DNA from: Amoeboradix gromovi X-113
Lineage: Eukaryota > Fungi > Sanchytriomycota
Direction: 5' to 3'
Length of the DNA: 15,678 nucleotides
NCBI GenBank assembly: GCA_018985225.1
Contig: JADGIF010000184.1
Location: 1-15,678 of the forward strand
Shown here: positions 7,295 through 15,678 of the stretch, one piece after another
Layout: every line of letters begins with the position of its first letter
How positions within the stretch are numbered: the stretch's first letter is position 1
Notes under the pieces: generated by a model
Told to the model about the DNA's origin: nothing
Database searches by the model: none
The model's input: the letters and a program-made list of their open reading frames with translations, nothing else
Program-made: the position numbers and the translations under genes

Positions 7295-8878
7295 TTAAAT
7301 TAATGTATCAAATTCCATATATACAGGGTCATTAATTTGTTTCTTACAAAAAACAACACCAGGACAGTCAGCCTTGAATAAAAAGACATGATACTTTGCA
7401 ATGCCTGAAATATCATTGAATACAAGATCTAATTTTGATCGATAGTCCTTGAAACGATGACTTGGGAATACCTTGCACTCATTGGTGATTGAAGACGATT
7501 CTATAATTGATTTCACTTGATCCAAATTAAATACATTTTCTCTTGTATATTTCTTTTTAATGTGACCAAAGCCACTATCTGGACTAAATTTAGTATGCCC
7601 TTTCATCATAAATTCAAATTCAATCGTGTTGCATTTTCCAAGTAAACACATCCAGCTGAGTAACTTAATAATGGTGTTGTTCTTGTTTTGACCTACACAA
7701 TTATCTGCATGTAAAATTAAATGCATCCGTTGTTCTTTTGGGAGGCAATAGATATAATCGAGCAGTAACGTCGCGACATTATTACTTGCCTTTATACATT
7801 GGTCTTCTCGATAGATGTAACTCACTTGTTTGTGATGGGTTTCACTGTGGATACCAAATAAATTAACGTCTAATAAAGAAAGAAAATACAAGTCACTTAG
7901 TTGGTCGTGTAATTGTGGTAAACTTAAATTTTGGCTATAATCAAAACTCCGATGTGTAAATCCTTGTCTACCTGGTCGCTGTTGTAATCGAGTCTTGCTA
8001 ATTTCGCTTGTCGAAAATGTAATTGAAAGGCTGTGGTTAATTCCAAGGTAGCACTTTCTGATAAATCAACTACATTTAATTGTTCACGAAAGACAGTACA
8101 AGTGTCACTGACGTCCGTTTTTCCAGATTTTATTTTAATATTGCCACACAATTAAAAATATTTTCGAAATGTTTCTATATTGATATTCAACGTACTGGTG
8201 TCACAGGCGCACATACCATGTAATTTAGCAATGGTAAGGTCAGCTGGTAACCACAAGATATATGTCACGTACTCTTGTACGATTCACTCTTGTATACATT
8301 CGTCCTGGTCTTGGTTCGCCGCGATGGCTGGCAAACGATTTGATCCAATTCAAAATGCTTTCTTTTTGTTCAAATGTAAAAGCATGCAAAAATACCTTGT
8401 CTTTATTGCCATGAATTCTCTTGGTCCACTCAACATCCATGCCACTAATAACATTTTGTAACTTTTGATTGGACATTGAAATGAGATGAGAAAAAGCGTT
8501 ACGGCATAATTTTTCTAAAGGAAATACTGTGTATTCAAATAATTGTCTTCCAGAGTGTTGTTCCTTTTGACAAGAAATAAGGACACCGTAATAAATAATT
8601 CTTGTTCCTGATTGTTCATTGGTTGGAATTCTTTTTGAGTACCCTCAATTCTTCTACTGAAACATGATGTATACATCTTATTGTACAACAAGTAATATTA
8701 TTACACGTTTGTAACCAATCCTGTAAATGAAAGGTAGTGTCACGTCTATAGCAGTAGCGCCAGTGGCGTGGTCGTCTCGTGTAGGAGATTGTACAATTTC
8801 ATTGAAATTTACAACTAAATTGCCACTAGCATCAAATCTAAACAGCGAATCTTGTGAATCGAATGGATTTTGAGACAT
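7295..8878 (-). pseudogene. Sola-type DDD transposase pseudogene (about 5 frame breaks and one in-frame TAA)
   Basis: Joining frames gives ...TCCTIRC...EQELFI.GVLISC...LCRNAFSHLISMSNQKL...HGNK...HRGEPRPGR...WLPADLT...TFRKYF*...KTDVSDTC...SFDYSQNL.LP...SDLYF...LHADNCVGQNKNN...GHTKFSPDSGFG. The three catalytic Asp motifs are SFD, ADNC and SPD. Confidence 0.85.
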
Positions 8879-9267
8879 AAAAAAAGATATCGCTGCTATT
8901 TATAGTGAAAAAGGTGTACGTAATTAGTTTGTAGCCAATACATTCGTACCATCATGAATCCGATCCAATTGAATGAATTATCATTTAATTGGAAGTTTTT
9001 ACATTATTTATATCAAAATACTCAATATATCTACCAATTATCTACTTGTTTTTTGAAAAGAGTTGGGTATCTAAGGTAATAAGTAATATTTTTTGAAATC
9101 TTTTAATTTAGTCTATTTTTTATATTCAAATCAAGATTTGCAAGCCAATTCATTCGTAAAATGTATTTAGTCTAGTTTTTACATTTGGTGTCCCATATGG
9201 AGCACCTCCTTTAAAAACGGATTGGTCTAGTTTTTATAGTGTCCCAGTTATGATTTGGTCTCATTAA

Positions 9268-10678
9268 ATGTTTTCCCCCTATGAAACAATGGAAATCTTC
9301 GTTTATAAACGAAATGTTTCTACAAATTTCAAAGTTCAATTAAAAGCTGGATCTGGTATTGGAGATTTAAAACGTGAGATTGCAAAACAAGAAGAAGCGC
9401 GGTTATCAATGCCAAGTGTATATAAAGAAAGAGATGGCGGAGTGGAGTTAGATTCAAAGATGAAACTTGCATTCACAGATTATTATGATATAATTTCATC
9501 TGGAAACAACGATGCTCCCACCACTACCAACATTGGTAAAGGAAATTCGACTACTGGATACCAGCTCCTCCCCCATTTGTGGTACCAAAGGTAATCCTAA
9601 ACCTGATGTTTCTGTTTTACCAATTCATTCACAGATATTTAATCCGAGTTCAATTGTTTTTACAATTGAAGTAAAACACAACTGGGACGAGAAATCACAA
9701 GGAAAATATAAAGAAGCTGTTTGACAATCTTTTGAAACTGCCAAATTGATATTCCAATACCAGCAGTTGCGCCATTTTGTATTTCTGCTGGTAACTGATA
9801 TCACACATACTGTTTTAATCAAATTCCATCGTGTTGTAGTAGCCAAGGATCCATTCTTTTCAATTACTGGAACTGATCATTTTATAGATATCACTTTAAC
9901 AGCAGTATTTGATTGGAAGACGACAAAGAAATTTTTGCGCCATTTATTATCATTGGAACTCTATGAGCACGACTACATTGAAAGTACGTCTTTTTCTTCT
10001 CCTGGGATTAATGATATAACTATTCTGCAACCTGGTAGTTTTACTAATGCGACCATCTTTAAATGTCTCTACGATGGGAAAGAAGTTGTTTTGAAGGCAC
10101 GATTCAATTCTTGGGCGTTGAAGGTTGAACTTGATGCATTGAAAGGCTGTAAATCAATTATTCAGCTGGTATTTGATAATACTTTCAGTGCAAATATTAG
10201 AAAAACGCATTATAACTTTATTATGATGACACCTATTGGATGTGTTTCGGGGACTGTCCATAAACCTAATATCGAGAAGTATTATCGTGATATACAAGAA
10301 GCCTCGGAGCATGCGCACAAATTAAAGATTTGTCACAGAGATGTTAAACCAAGTAACATCATTGTTGTAAATGGAAACGCAATCTTGATCGATTTGGAAT
10401 TAGCAGTTTCAACAGACGAGGATGTCTTTTATGATTTATCAATGACAGATGAATTTGCAGCATCAGAGTATCTAATAAGAAAGTGGCAAAAGGTATGTAC
10501 TTTCCTTTATAAGAAGGAATATGATTTGGAATCCTTGAAATACACAATTGCGTTTATTAAAAGTGACAATTGGCCATTATGTGATAGGACTACAAAAGAG
10601 TGTATAAAAGAATATATCACAAAAAGGGATGAGATTGTACTTGATATGAAATCTGGAGATCTAGATCTGAATAGATGA
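9268..10678 (+). pseudogene. Crinkler-like effector: N-terminal Ubl-like header, PD-(D/E)xK REase-like domain and protein kinase; disrupted by one frameshift (~9494-9555) and TGA 9722-9724
   Basis: Header 'VQLKAGSGIGDLKREI'. REase-like 'LLDTS..P...KPDVSV...IVFTIEVK...EAV*Q...IFQYQ.LRHFV..VTD'. Kinase 'VVLK', 'VELDAL', 'HRDVKPSNII', 'LIDLELAV', 'DLESL.Y'. ORFs 9512-9724 and 9746-10678 are in one frame separated by a single stop. Confidence 0.72.
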
Positions 10679-10832
10679 TTTCAAATATAAATATCGTTTT
10701 TCAATTCAACTGGTCAAACACAGTGTTTCAGGAAGCGAGAGCTGATTGGCATATTATTGAATATCTTGATTTGGGTACATCTTTTTCCAAACTGGCAAGT
10801 TGTGTTTAAGGGAGTTTTGTCATTTTATTTCA

Positions 10833-11184
10833 ATGTTCAATTAAAAATTGCAAAATATCATTACACTTGGTCAATACGCTAATTTTTGTTTTAAGATAAT
10901 GCTACATGCAAAAAAGAAGAGGCAATTAAAAGTGCTTTTGAAAAGATCTCTCAATATAGAGGGGCAGAGAACATCAGACTCTGAGATCAAATTGAGCTAC
11001 AGCACCGTGAAATGGAAATCTCTAAACGTGAAGTAGTGTTATTGAAGCGTAACAATCATGAACTCCAGGATAAGATTGTTGATTAACTACAAAATTAAAG
11101 AGAGCCACATTGTCAGATGGTAGACCTGGTGATGATAACTTGAATGATGAGACTCCCCTCAAGGTAGAAGCTCCTGAAATTTAA
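10833..11184 (+). pseudogene. Decayed small coiled-coil protein gene with two candidate short introns (10870-10895, 26 nt; 11078-11100, 23 nt) and two premature stops
   Basis: Spliced translation: MFN*KLQNIITLDNATCKKEEAIKSAFEKISQYRGAENIRL*DQIELQHREMEISKREVVLLKRNNHELQDKI|RATLSDGRPGDDNLNDETPLKVEAPEI*. The 23-nt GT..AG removal deletes two stops and shifts into the frame encoding the acidic tail. Confidence 0.45.
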
Positions 11185-11294
11185 AGAAGATAAATAAACT
11201 CTGAGTATTATATAGTATTACATCATATATCTTATTAGTCTTGTATTAGTAAAGTCATTATATTCGATTGTTGGATGAACGTGATTATATTTAT

Positions 11295-13118
11295 TTAATC
11301 AGAGATATTTCTGAATCTTTCCTCAATTTCCTTTTGTAACTTATTATATTTAGCATCAATCTTTTCTCTTCCATCCTTTGGATCTTCAAATTTCATGCAG
11401 CTCAGTGCATATATCAAATCGCTTGTCTTTTCTTTAATCTTGGCCCATGTCAACTGCCCTTGCGACGTCTCTACCGCCTTTATAGCCTCTGTATAGTACC
11501 CCATCATGTTCTTCAACATTCCTACAGTCTTGAAGAATGGGCAAAACTTGTCATAGTCGGAGAAACCATTCTGCTGCAAGAAATCATCTTTGATAATCTT
11601 AGCAATCTCTAGAGTAATTTTGTCTGTCTCTCCGAGCGCTGATTTGCCTACAAGCTGTACAATCTCAGCCAAGTCTTCTTCCAGTTGTAATACTTCCTTG
11701 CATTTCGTTCGCAGAGCCACAAAGTCTGGCTCGTTCTTTTCGTAGAATGGATCCAAAGCTTTTAGGTATTTTGAATAGCTTAGTGACCAGTTGACTGAAG
11801 GAAAATGCTTGCGCTGAGCTAGCTTCTTATCCAATCCCCAAAAGACTTGAACAATTCCTAAAGTTGCTGAAGTGACAGGGTCACTAAAATCACCACCTGG
11901 TGGACTAACAGCACCTACTATAGATACGCTCCCTTGTCTTCTTGGATTACCCAAACATACGACTTTACCTGCGCGCTCATAAAATGAAGCCAAACGGGCA
12001 CCCAGATATGCAGGATATCCACTGTCAGCTGGCATTTCAGCTAACCTACCTGATAACTCTCTTAATGCTTCAGCCCATCTTGAAGTCGAGTCAGCCATCA
12101 TTGCAACATCTTTCCCTTGATCCCTAAAATACTCGCTCAGTGTGATACCAGTGTATATAGAAGCTTCTCTGGCTGCCACGGGCATATTGCTAGTATTAGC
12201 AACTAGAGTAGTACGCTGCATGATACTCTCCATCTTCATCTGACCATTAACGTTAACCTCTGCCTTTAACTCTGGGAAATCCATTAAAACCTCTGCCATC
12301 TCATTTCCACGCTCACCGCACCCTACGTATATGATACAGTCGCTATTGGAGTACTTTGACAATGACTGTGAGATGACTGTTTTTCCACACCCAAAGGCAC
12401 CAGGAATTGCAGTAGTTCCACCTTGAACACAGGGAAATAAGGCATCTAGCACTCTTTGGCCAGTTAGCAATGGATTATCAGCACTTAGTTTCTCTGTCAC
12501 TGGTCTGGGAGTGCGCACAGGCCATGAATGGTACATTTTAAATTCCTTCTTTTTATTTTCAAATTCAATTTCTAAAACCACATCTTCCAAAGTATACAAA
12601 CCAGTGGAAGCAATAAACACTATTTTACCGTAGGATTTAGGCGGCAAGGTAATGTTGTGTGTATGAACAAAAGCATTTTCGTAAACACTACCGAATATAT
12701 CACCACCAGTGATCAAATCACCAACCTTTAAGTGTTTACTCGGTACAAATTCCCATTGTTTCTTTTTGTCCAGTGCGTGGGTATCCACACCACGAGGAAT
12801 ATATATGCTTTGACTGGCTAACTGAATGGCTTGCAATGGGCGTTGAATTCCGTCATAAATGTTATCCATTAGTCCAGGACCCAATTCGACAGAAAGAGGT
12901 TTACCAGTTTTTAAAACAGGATCACCGACAGTCAAACCACTAGTTTCTTCATAAACCTGGATAGTGGCGCGATCCTTGTCGATTTTAATGACTTCACCAA
13001 CTAATTCATCTGTTCCAACTCTAACTAGCTCGTACATGGCACTGCCAGTCATGTGCTCCGCAACAACAACAGGACCGGCAACACTAAATATATAACCATA
13101 CTCTGACTCTTTAACCAT
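11295..13118 (-). CDS. VMA1: V-type proton ATPase catalytic subunit A (no intein, no intron)
   Basis: 607 aa; P-loop '[11 protein letters not shown]', '[11 protein letters not shown]', '[20 protein letters not shown]', '[14 protein letters not shown]', '[13 protein letters not shown]'. Confidence 0.98.
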   Translation of the reverse strand: MVKESEYGYIFSVAGPVVVAEHMTGSAMYELVRVGTDELVGEVIKIDKDRATIQVYEETSGLTVGDPVLKTGKPLSVELGPGLMDNIYDGIQRPLQAIQLASQSIYIPRGVDTHALDKKKQWEFVPSKHLKVGDLITGGDIFGSVYENAFVHTHNITLPPKSYGKIVFIASTGLYTLEDVVLEIEFENKKKEFKMYHSWPVRTPRPVTEKLSADNPLLTGQRVLDALFPCVQGGTTAIPGAFGCGKTVISQSLSKYSNSDCIIYVGCGERGNEMAEVLMDFPELKAEVNVNGQMKMESIMQRTTLVANTSNMPVAAREASIYTGITLSEYFRDQGKDVAMMADSTSRWAEALRELSGRLAEMPADSGYPAYLGARLASFYERAGKVVCLGNPRRQGSVSIVGAVSPPGGDFSDPVTSATLGIVQVFWGLDKKLAQRKHFPSVNWSLSYSKYLKALDPFYEKNEPDFVALRTKCKEVLQLEEDLAEIVQLVGKSALGETDKITLEIAKIIKDDFLQQNGFSDYDKFCPFFKTVGMLKNMMGYYTEAIKAVETSQGQLTWAKIKEKTSDLIYALSCMKFEDPKDGREKIDAKYNKLQKEIEERFRNISD

Positions 13119-13162
13119 TTAACCCTAATGTAATGAAAATAAAAAATAATATAAATATAAAT

Positions 13163-13390
13163 TTATTTTGGAATCTCGATATTGGACTCGACCAAAGTCT
13201 TTTCTAATAAAACAACTCGCTCTTTTAATGTTTTCAACTCTGAGCTCAAATGCTTTGCAATGAATCCATTTACATCTTCAGGTCTTTGTTGTTCATCATA
13301 TAATTGAATTAGGGCCTTGACAATGCCATCAATAAACCCACTCTTCTCCAGATAGAATCTGAAATCTTGCTGTGAAGTTTGATTTGACAT
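13163..13390 (-). CDS. c-Myc-binding protein (MYCBP/AMY-1)-like small protein
   Basis: 'FRFYLEKSG.ID.IVKALIQLYDE..RPED...FI..HL' followed by a short coiled coil; recognisably like the MYCBP motif FRRYLEKSGVLD.LTK.LV.LYEE..KP. Confidence 0.8.
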   Translation of the reverse strand: MSNQTSQQDFRFYLEKSGFIDGIVKALIQLYDEQQRPEDVNGFIAKHLSSELKTLKERVVLLEKTLVESNIEIPK

Positions 13391-13784
13391 TTGGCCTGAG
13401 ACATGAGATTAGAAAAGGAGGCCATCACTTATAATAGCCTTGGGAATATTAATTCTAACCAATTGTTGCTCTAAAGCCTTATTACATCTATTCAGGATTC
13501 TAATGAACGGATCTTAAGAACGGCCTTATCCAAAAAATGGGGACACTTTAGATGCGGCGAGTTAGAATTCCTGAAAACGTCTAGTTTGTTCTTGAAAGCA
13601 CGCTCATACTAAAACCAATGCCTTTTAATCATAAAAAATCCCAGAAAGTTAGTACGATTTTTTAGAGAATTAGAATGTTTAGGTTTATACCTTTTCATAC
13701 TCTCTAGTATCATTCTAACGGAGAATTATTATAGTCTTGAAAGCATAACATCTGAACACAGAAATATTATAAAAGCAACTTAAT

Positions 13785-15254
13785 TTATTTAGTCTTTTTC
13801 TTCTTCTTTTTCTTTTTCTTTGGTAGCTGTACTATTGGCTCATCAGATTCACTACCATCTGGAATTGGGTATTGCGGCTTACCCATCTGCATTTGTTGCA
13901 TTTGATATTGCATTTGCTGCATTTGATATTGTTGCTGCATATCGATCTGTCTCTTCATCTCCATCTGGTCATATTGTTGTCGATACTGCATTAATTCTTG
14001 CTCTCGTATCTTCATTTCCTCTACTTCCCTCTGTCTTTGAGTTAGCTCTAATCGTTGTTGATCTCTCTCAAAATCCATACTAAACTGCCTACCACTGCCA
14101 GCACCCCTTTCGACTAACTGGGCTACACCAGATGTAGACCTTCCTGTTAGCTGATACTTCATCTGCTTACGCTGTTCCTCTCTTTGCTCTAGTACCCCAA
14201 CAAGCCCAGAAGAAGGCCTTTTAATCTGCTGTGGCTGGAATTGAGGTTGCTGATACTGCTGCTGGAATTGGGGAGGCTGCTGCTGGAATTGGGGAGGCTG
14301 TTGCTGGAATTGAGGCTGCTGGTATGTGCTGTATTGAGGTCTAGCCATATTATTGGGATAATTCATCGGCGGTGATGGATAGTTTAGAGGTTGCTGAGTA
14401 GGCACAAAGCTACGCATCTGTTGTTGTTGCATTTGCTGTTGCATTATGGGTTGTTGCATTTGCTGTTGAACTTGAGGAGCATAATGGAGTAATTGATTTG
14501 GCTGTACTAAGTTAGGGCGATTAAAAACTGGTTCTTCATCAGAAGATATCTGATTACCCCGATCAGCATTTAAAGATTCTTCAGAGGAAGTATCTGATTC
14601 ATCTGAGGAGTCATCAGAGCTTGAGGAAGAAGTACTGCTTGAAGAGGCAGACTTGACCGACAAATTATTAAGTTTAACTTTTTTTAAATCAATTAGAACC
14701 TTTGGAACAGTTTTAATGTTACTACTGGACTCACTGGATGATTCTGTATCGCTGGAAGTATCAGATTCGTCCTCTGATGAAATATCCGAGGAAGATTCCG
14801 AGGTGGAATAAGCCTTTATTGGTTTCGCGACAGCCTTTGGTTTAGCATCAACACTGGATTCGGATGAAGAAGAATCCTCAGAAGTTGATTCTTCTTCAGA
14901 AGTTGATATTTTTGATTTAGCTTTTTTGAACACTGCAGGCTTTCTAACTACAGCCGGTCTAATATTAGCAACAGAATTAATCTCTTCATAGCCTGAAGAT
15001 ACTCCAGAAGACGATTCTCTGTTTGCAATCTGTTTGCTGGCCACAGGAGGTGAATTCAAAATTGGCTGCTTCTTAGATTTGCTATCTATGACTGGTGAGG
15101 GTTCTATACTTGCTATTGACGAATCCTCATTGCTGGACTCTACAGAACTGGAATTTTCATCATTTGATGAAAGTTGCTGCCGATTCATTTTGTTGTTATG
15201 CAAGGGGATGATGGATAACAATGCCGAGTTGGCAAAAATTGGACTATGTGCCAA
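13785..15254 (-). CDS. Low-complexity hypothetical protein (Ser/acidic N-half, Gln/Pro-rich middle, Q/E/R/M coiled coil, poly-Lys C-terminus); the start may be the ATG at 15188
   Basis: Uninterrupted 489-codon ORF with coding-like composition; no recognisable folded domain. Confidence 0.75.
   Translation of the reverse strand: MAHSPIFANSALLSIIPLHNNKMNRQQLSSNDENSSSVESSNEDSSIASIEPSPVIDSKSKKQPILNSPPVASKQIANRESSSGVSSGYEEINSVANIRPAVVRKPAVFKKAKSKISTSEEESTSEDSSSSESSVDAKPKAVAKPIKAYSTSESSSDISSEDESDTSSDTESSSESSSNIKTVPKVLIDLKKVKLNNLSVKSASSSSTSSSSSDDSSDESDTSSEESLNADRGNQISSDEEPVFNRPNLVQPNQLLHYAPQVQQQMQQPIMQQQMQQQQMRSFVPTQQPLNYPSPPMNYPNNMARPQYSTYQQPQFQQQPPQFQQQPPQFQQQYQQPQFQPQQIKRPSSGLVGVLEQREEQRKQMKYQLTGRSTSGVAQLVERGAGSGRQFSMDFERDQQRLELTQRQREVEEMKIREQELMQYRQQYDQMEMKRQIDMQQQYQMQQMQYQMQQMQMGKPQYPIPDGSESDEPIVQLPKKKKKKKKKTK
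14233..14320 (-). repeat. Coding tandem repeat (21-bp unit, QQQPPQF)
   Basis: Repeated GCTGGAATTG(G/A)GG on the + strand; the protein reads QQPQFQQQPPQFQQQPPQFQQQ. Confidence 0.7.
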
Positions 15255-15456
15255 ATGCTACCAGAACTAAACTAATAGTATTTATAAATCTCCTTACATT
15301 ATCAACAAAAAGAATCAGTTTTACTTCAATTATGTTTGATTTTAAAAACTTGAAAAAAAATCAGTTACTTTTAGAGCACTATAACTAGAAGAGCAAAGTA
15401 GGTTTACAAACGGAATTTTAGAATCCGTCGAAGAAGTTAATTACAGCAAGCACAGT

Positions 15457-15486
15457 GGGATGCCCACTATAAAAACTAGACTGACT
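15457..15486 (+). repeat. Solo degenerate Sola2-family TIR copy
   Basis: GGGATGCCCACTATAAAAACTAGACTGACT resembles GGGACGCCAAATATAAAAACTAGACTAACT. Confidence 0.65.
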
Positions 15487-15522
15487 AGTTTCCTCGGAGT
15501 TACGAAATATTTTATGCCTATT

Positions 15523-15607
15523 TGGGACACACTCTGTAAAAACTAGACTAGGGGTAAAAACCGGTTGACGAGATTTACCCAGTCGAAATTTTCACAGTAG
15601 TGTCCCA
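15523..15607. mobile_element. ~85-bp mini-MITE of the same Sola2-like family
   Basis: TGGGACAC...GTGTCCCA ends, with internal inverted matches (CTGT/ACAG, AAAA/TTTT, GACT/AGTC, GGGTAAA/TTTACCC). The left arm contains TGTAAAAACTAGACTA. Flanked by a TATT/TATT direct repeat (ATTT/ATAT if GGG is the terminus). Confidence 0.7.
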
Positions 15608-15678
15608 TATTTCTTCACCTAGGCAATAGGCGAAACTACATTATCAGTGATCCTTTGTTGCCAACCTGGTCTCTCACC

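Larger units (their letters stand above)
6235..9194 (-). mobile_element. Sola2-like DNA transposon (~2.96 kb) with a transposase pseudogene and a cargo gene
   Basis: 28-bp TIRs match at 26/28: GGGACGCCAAATATAAAAACTAGACTAA (6235-6262) versus the reverse complement of 9167-9194, GGGACACCAAATGTAAAAACTAGACTAA. Flanks are TTAT/ATAT. GRG...CYC termini and 4-bp AT-rich TSDs are Sola2 traits, and the element encloses a DDD transposase. Confidence 0.8.
5990..9245. mobile_element. Outer Sola2-like element (probably a ~290-bp non-autonomous copy interrupted by the inner element)
   Basis: Left end GGGACACCAAATATAAAGACTAGACTAA (5990-6017). Right end 9222-9245 has reverse complement GGGACACTATAAAAACTAGACCAA. 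Flanks are AATT (5986-89) and AGTT (9246-49), a 4-bp TSD with one mismatch. Confidence 0.55.

Noticed and set aside
8564-8586. Another 23-nt GT..AG intron (GTGTCCTTATTTCTTGTCAAAAG) in the transposase
   Set aside because: It restores the frame but would delete GVLISC, which looks like genuine transposase sequence. Nearby frameshifts cannot be fixed by introns, so a 1-bp deletion is more parsimonious.
12300-12340. VMA1 intein (PI-SceI type)
   Set aside because: The insertion site IIYVG|CGERGNEM is contiguous and the protein is 607 aa.
13440-13730. Recurrent ATTCTAA/TTAGAAT words and a GGGACAC hexamer-like hit as another MITE
   Set aside because: No paired TIRs or TSD could be defined; may be old fragments or chance in AT-rich DNA.
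6851-15270. Short ORFs 6851-7081, 7101-7286, 8180-8461, 9625-9846, 10359-10547, 11942-12127, 13820-14083, 15034-15270
   Set aside because: Alternate-frame or antisense overlaps of better-supported features, with no recognisable motifs.

Overview
Eukaryotic, AT-rich, very compact DNA from a fungus-like organism. An early-diverging zoosporic lineage is inferred from the fungal-type TCTP and V-ATPase A, coactosin, a MYCBP-like gene and a Crinkler-like kinase. Housekeeping genes (TCTP, RPL37, coactosin-like, an LRR membrane protein, RPS24, then VMA1, MYCBP-like and a Ser/Gln-rich protein) flank a ~6.6 kb accessory tract (~4600-11290) of mobile and decayed sequence. The ORF track misses four things. 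(1) A decayed TnpB/Fanzor-type RNA-guided nuclease C-terminus (CxxC-x12-CxxC...DRDHMAARNI) is present as two diverged tandem copies and is followed directly by a ~111-nt four-way-junction fold, a candidate omegaRNA. (2) A nested Sola2-like DNA transposon has GGG...CCC termini, near-matching 4-bp TSDs, subterminal repeats, a frameshifted DDD transposase and an apparently intact cargo gene; a ~85-bp mini-element of the same family lies near the window end. (3) Several ultra-short GT-AG intron candidates (19, 21, 23, 23, 26 nt) repair reading frames when removed; one restores the TM helix and tail of the LRR protein. (4) A disrupted Crinkler-like Ubl-REase-kinase gene. All calls come from manual reading and motif recognition; no searches were run.
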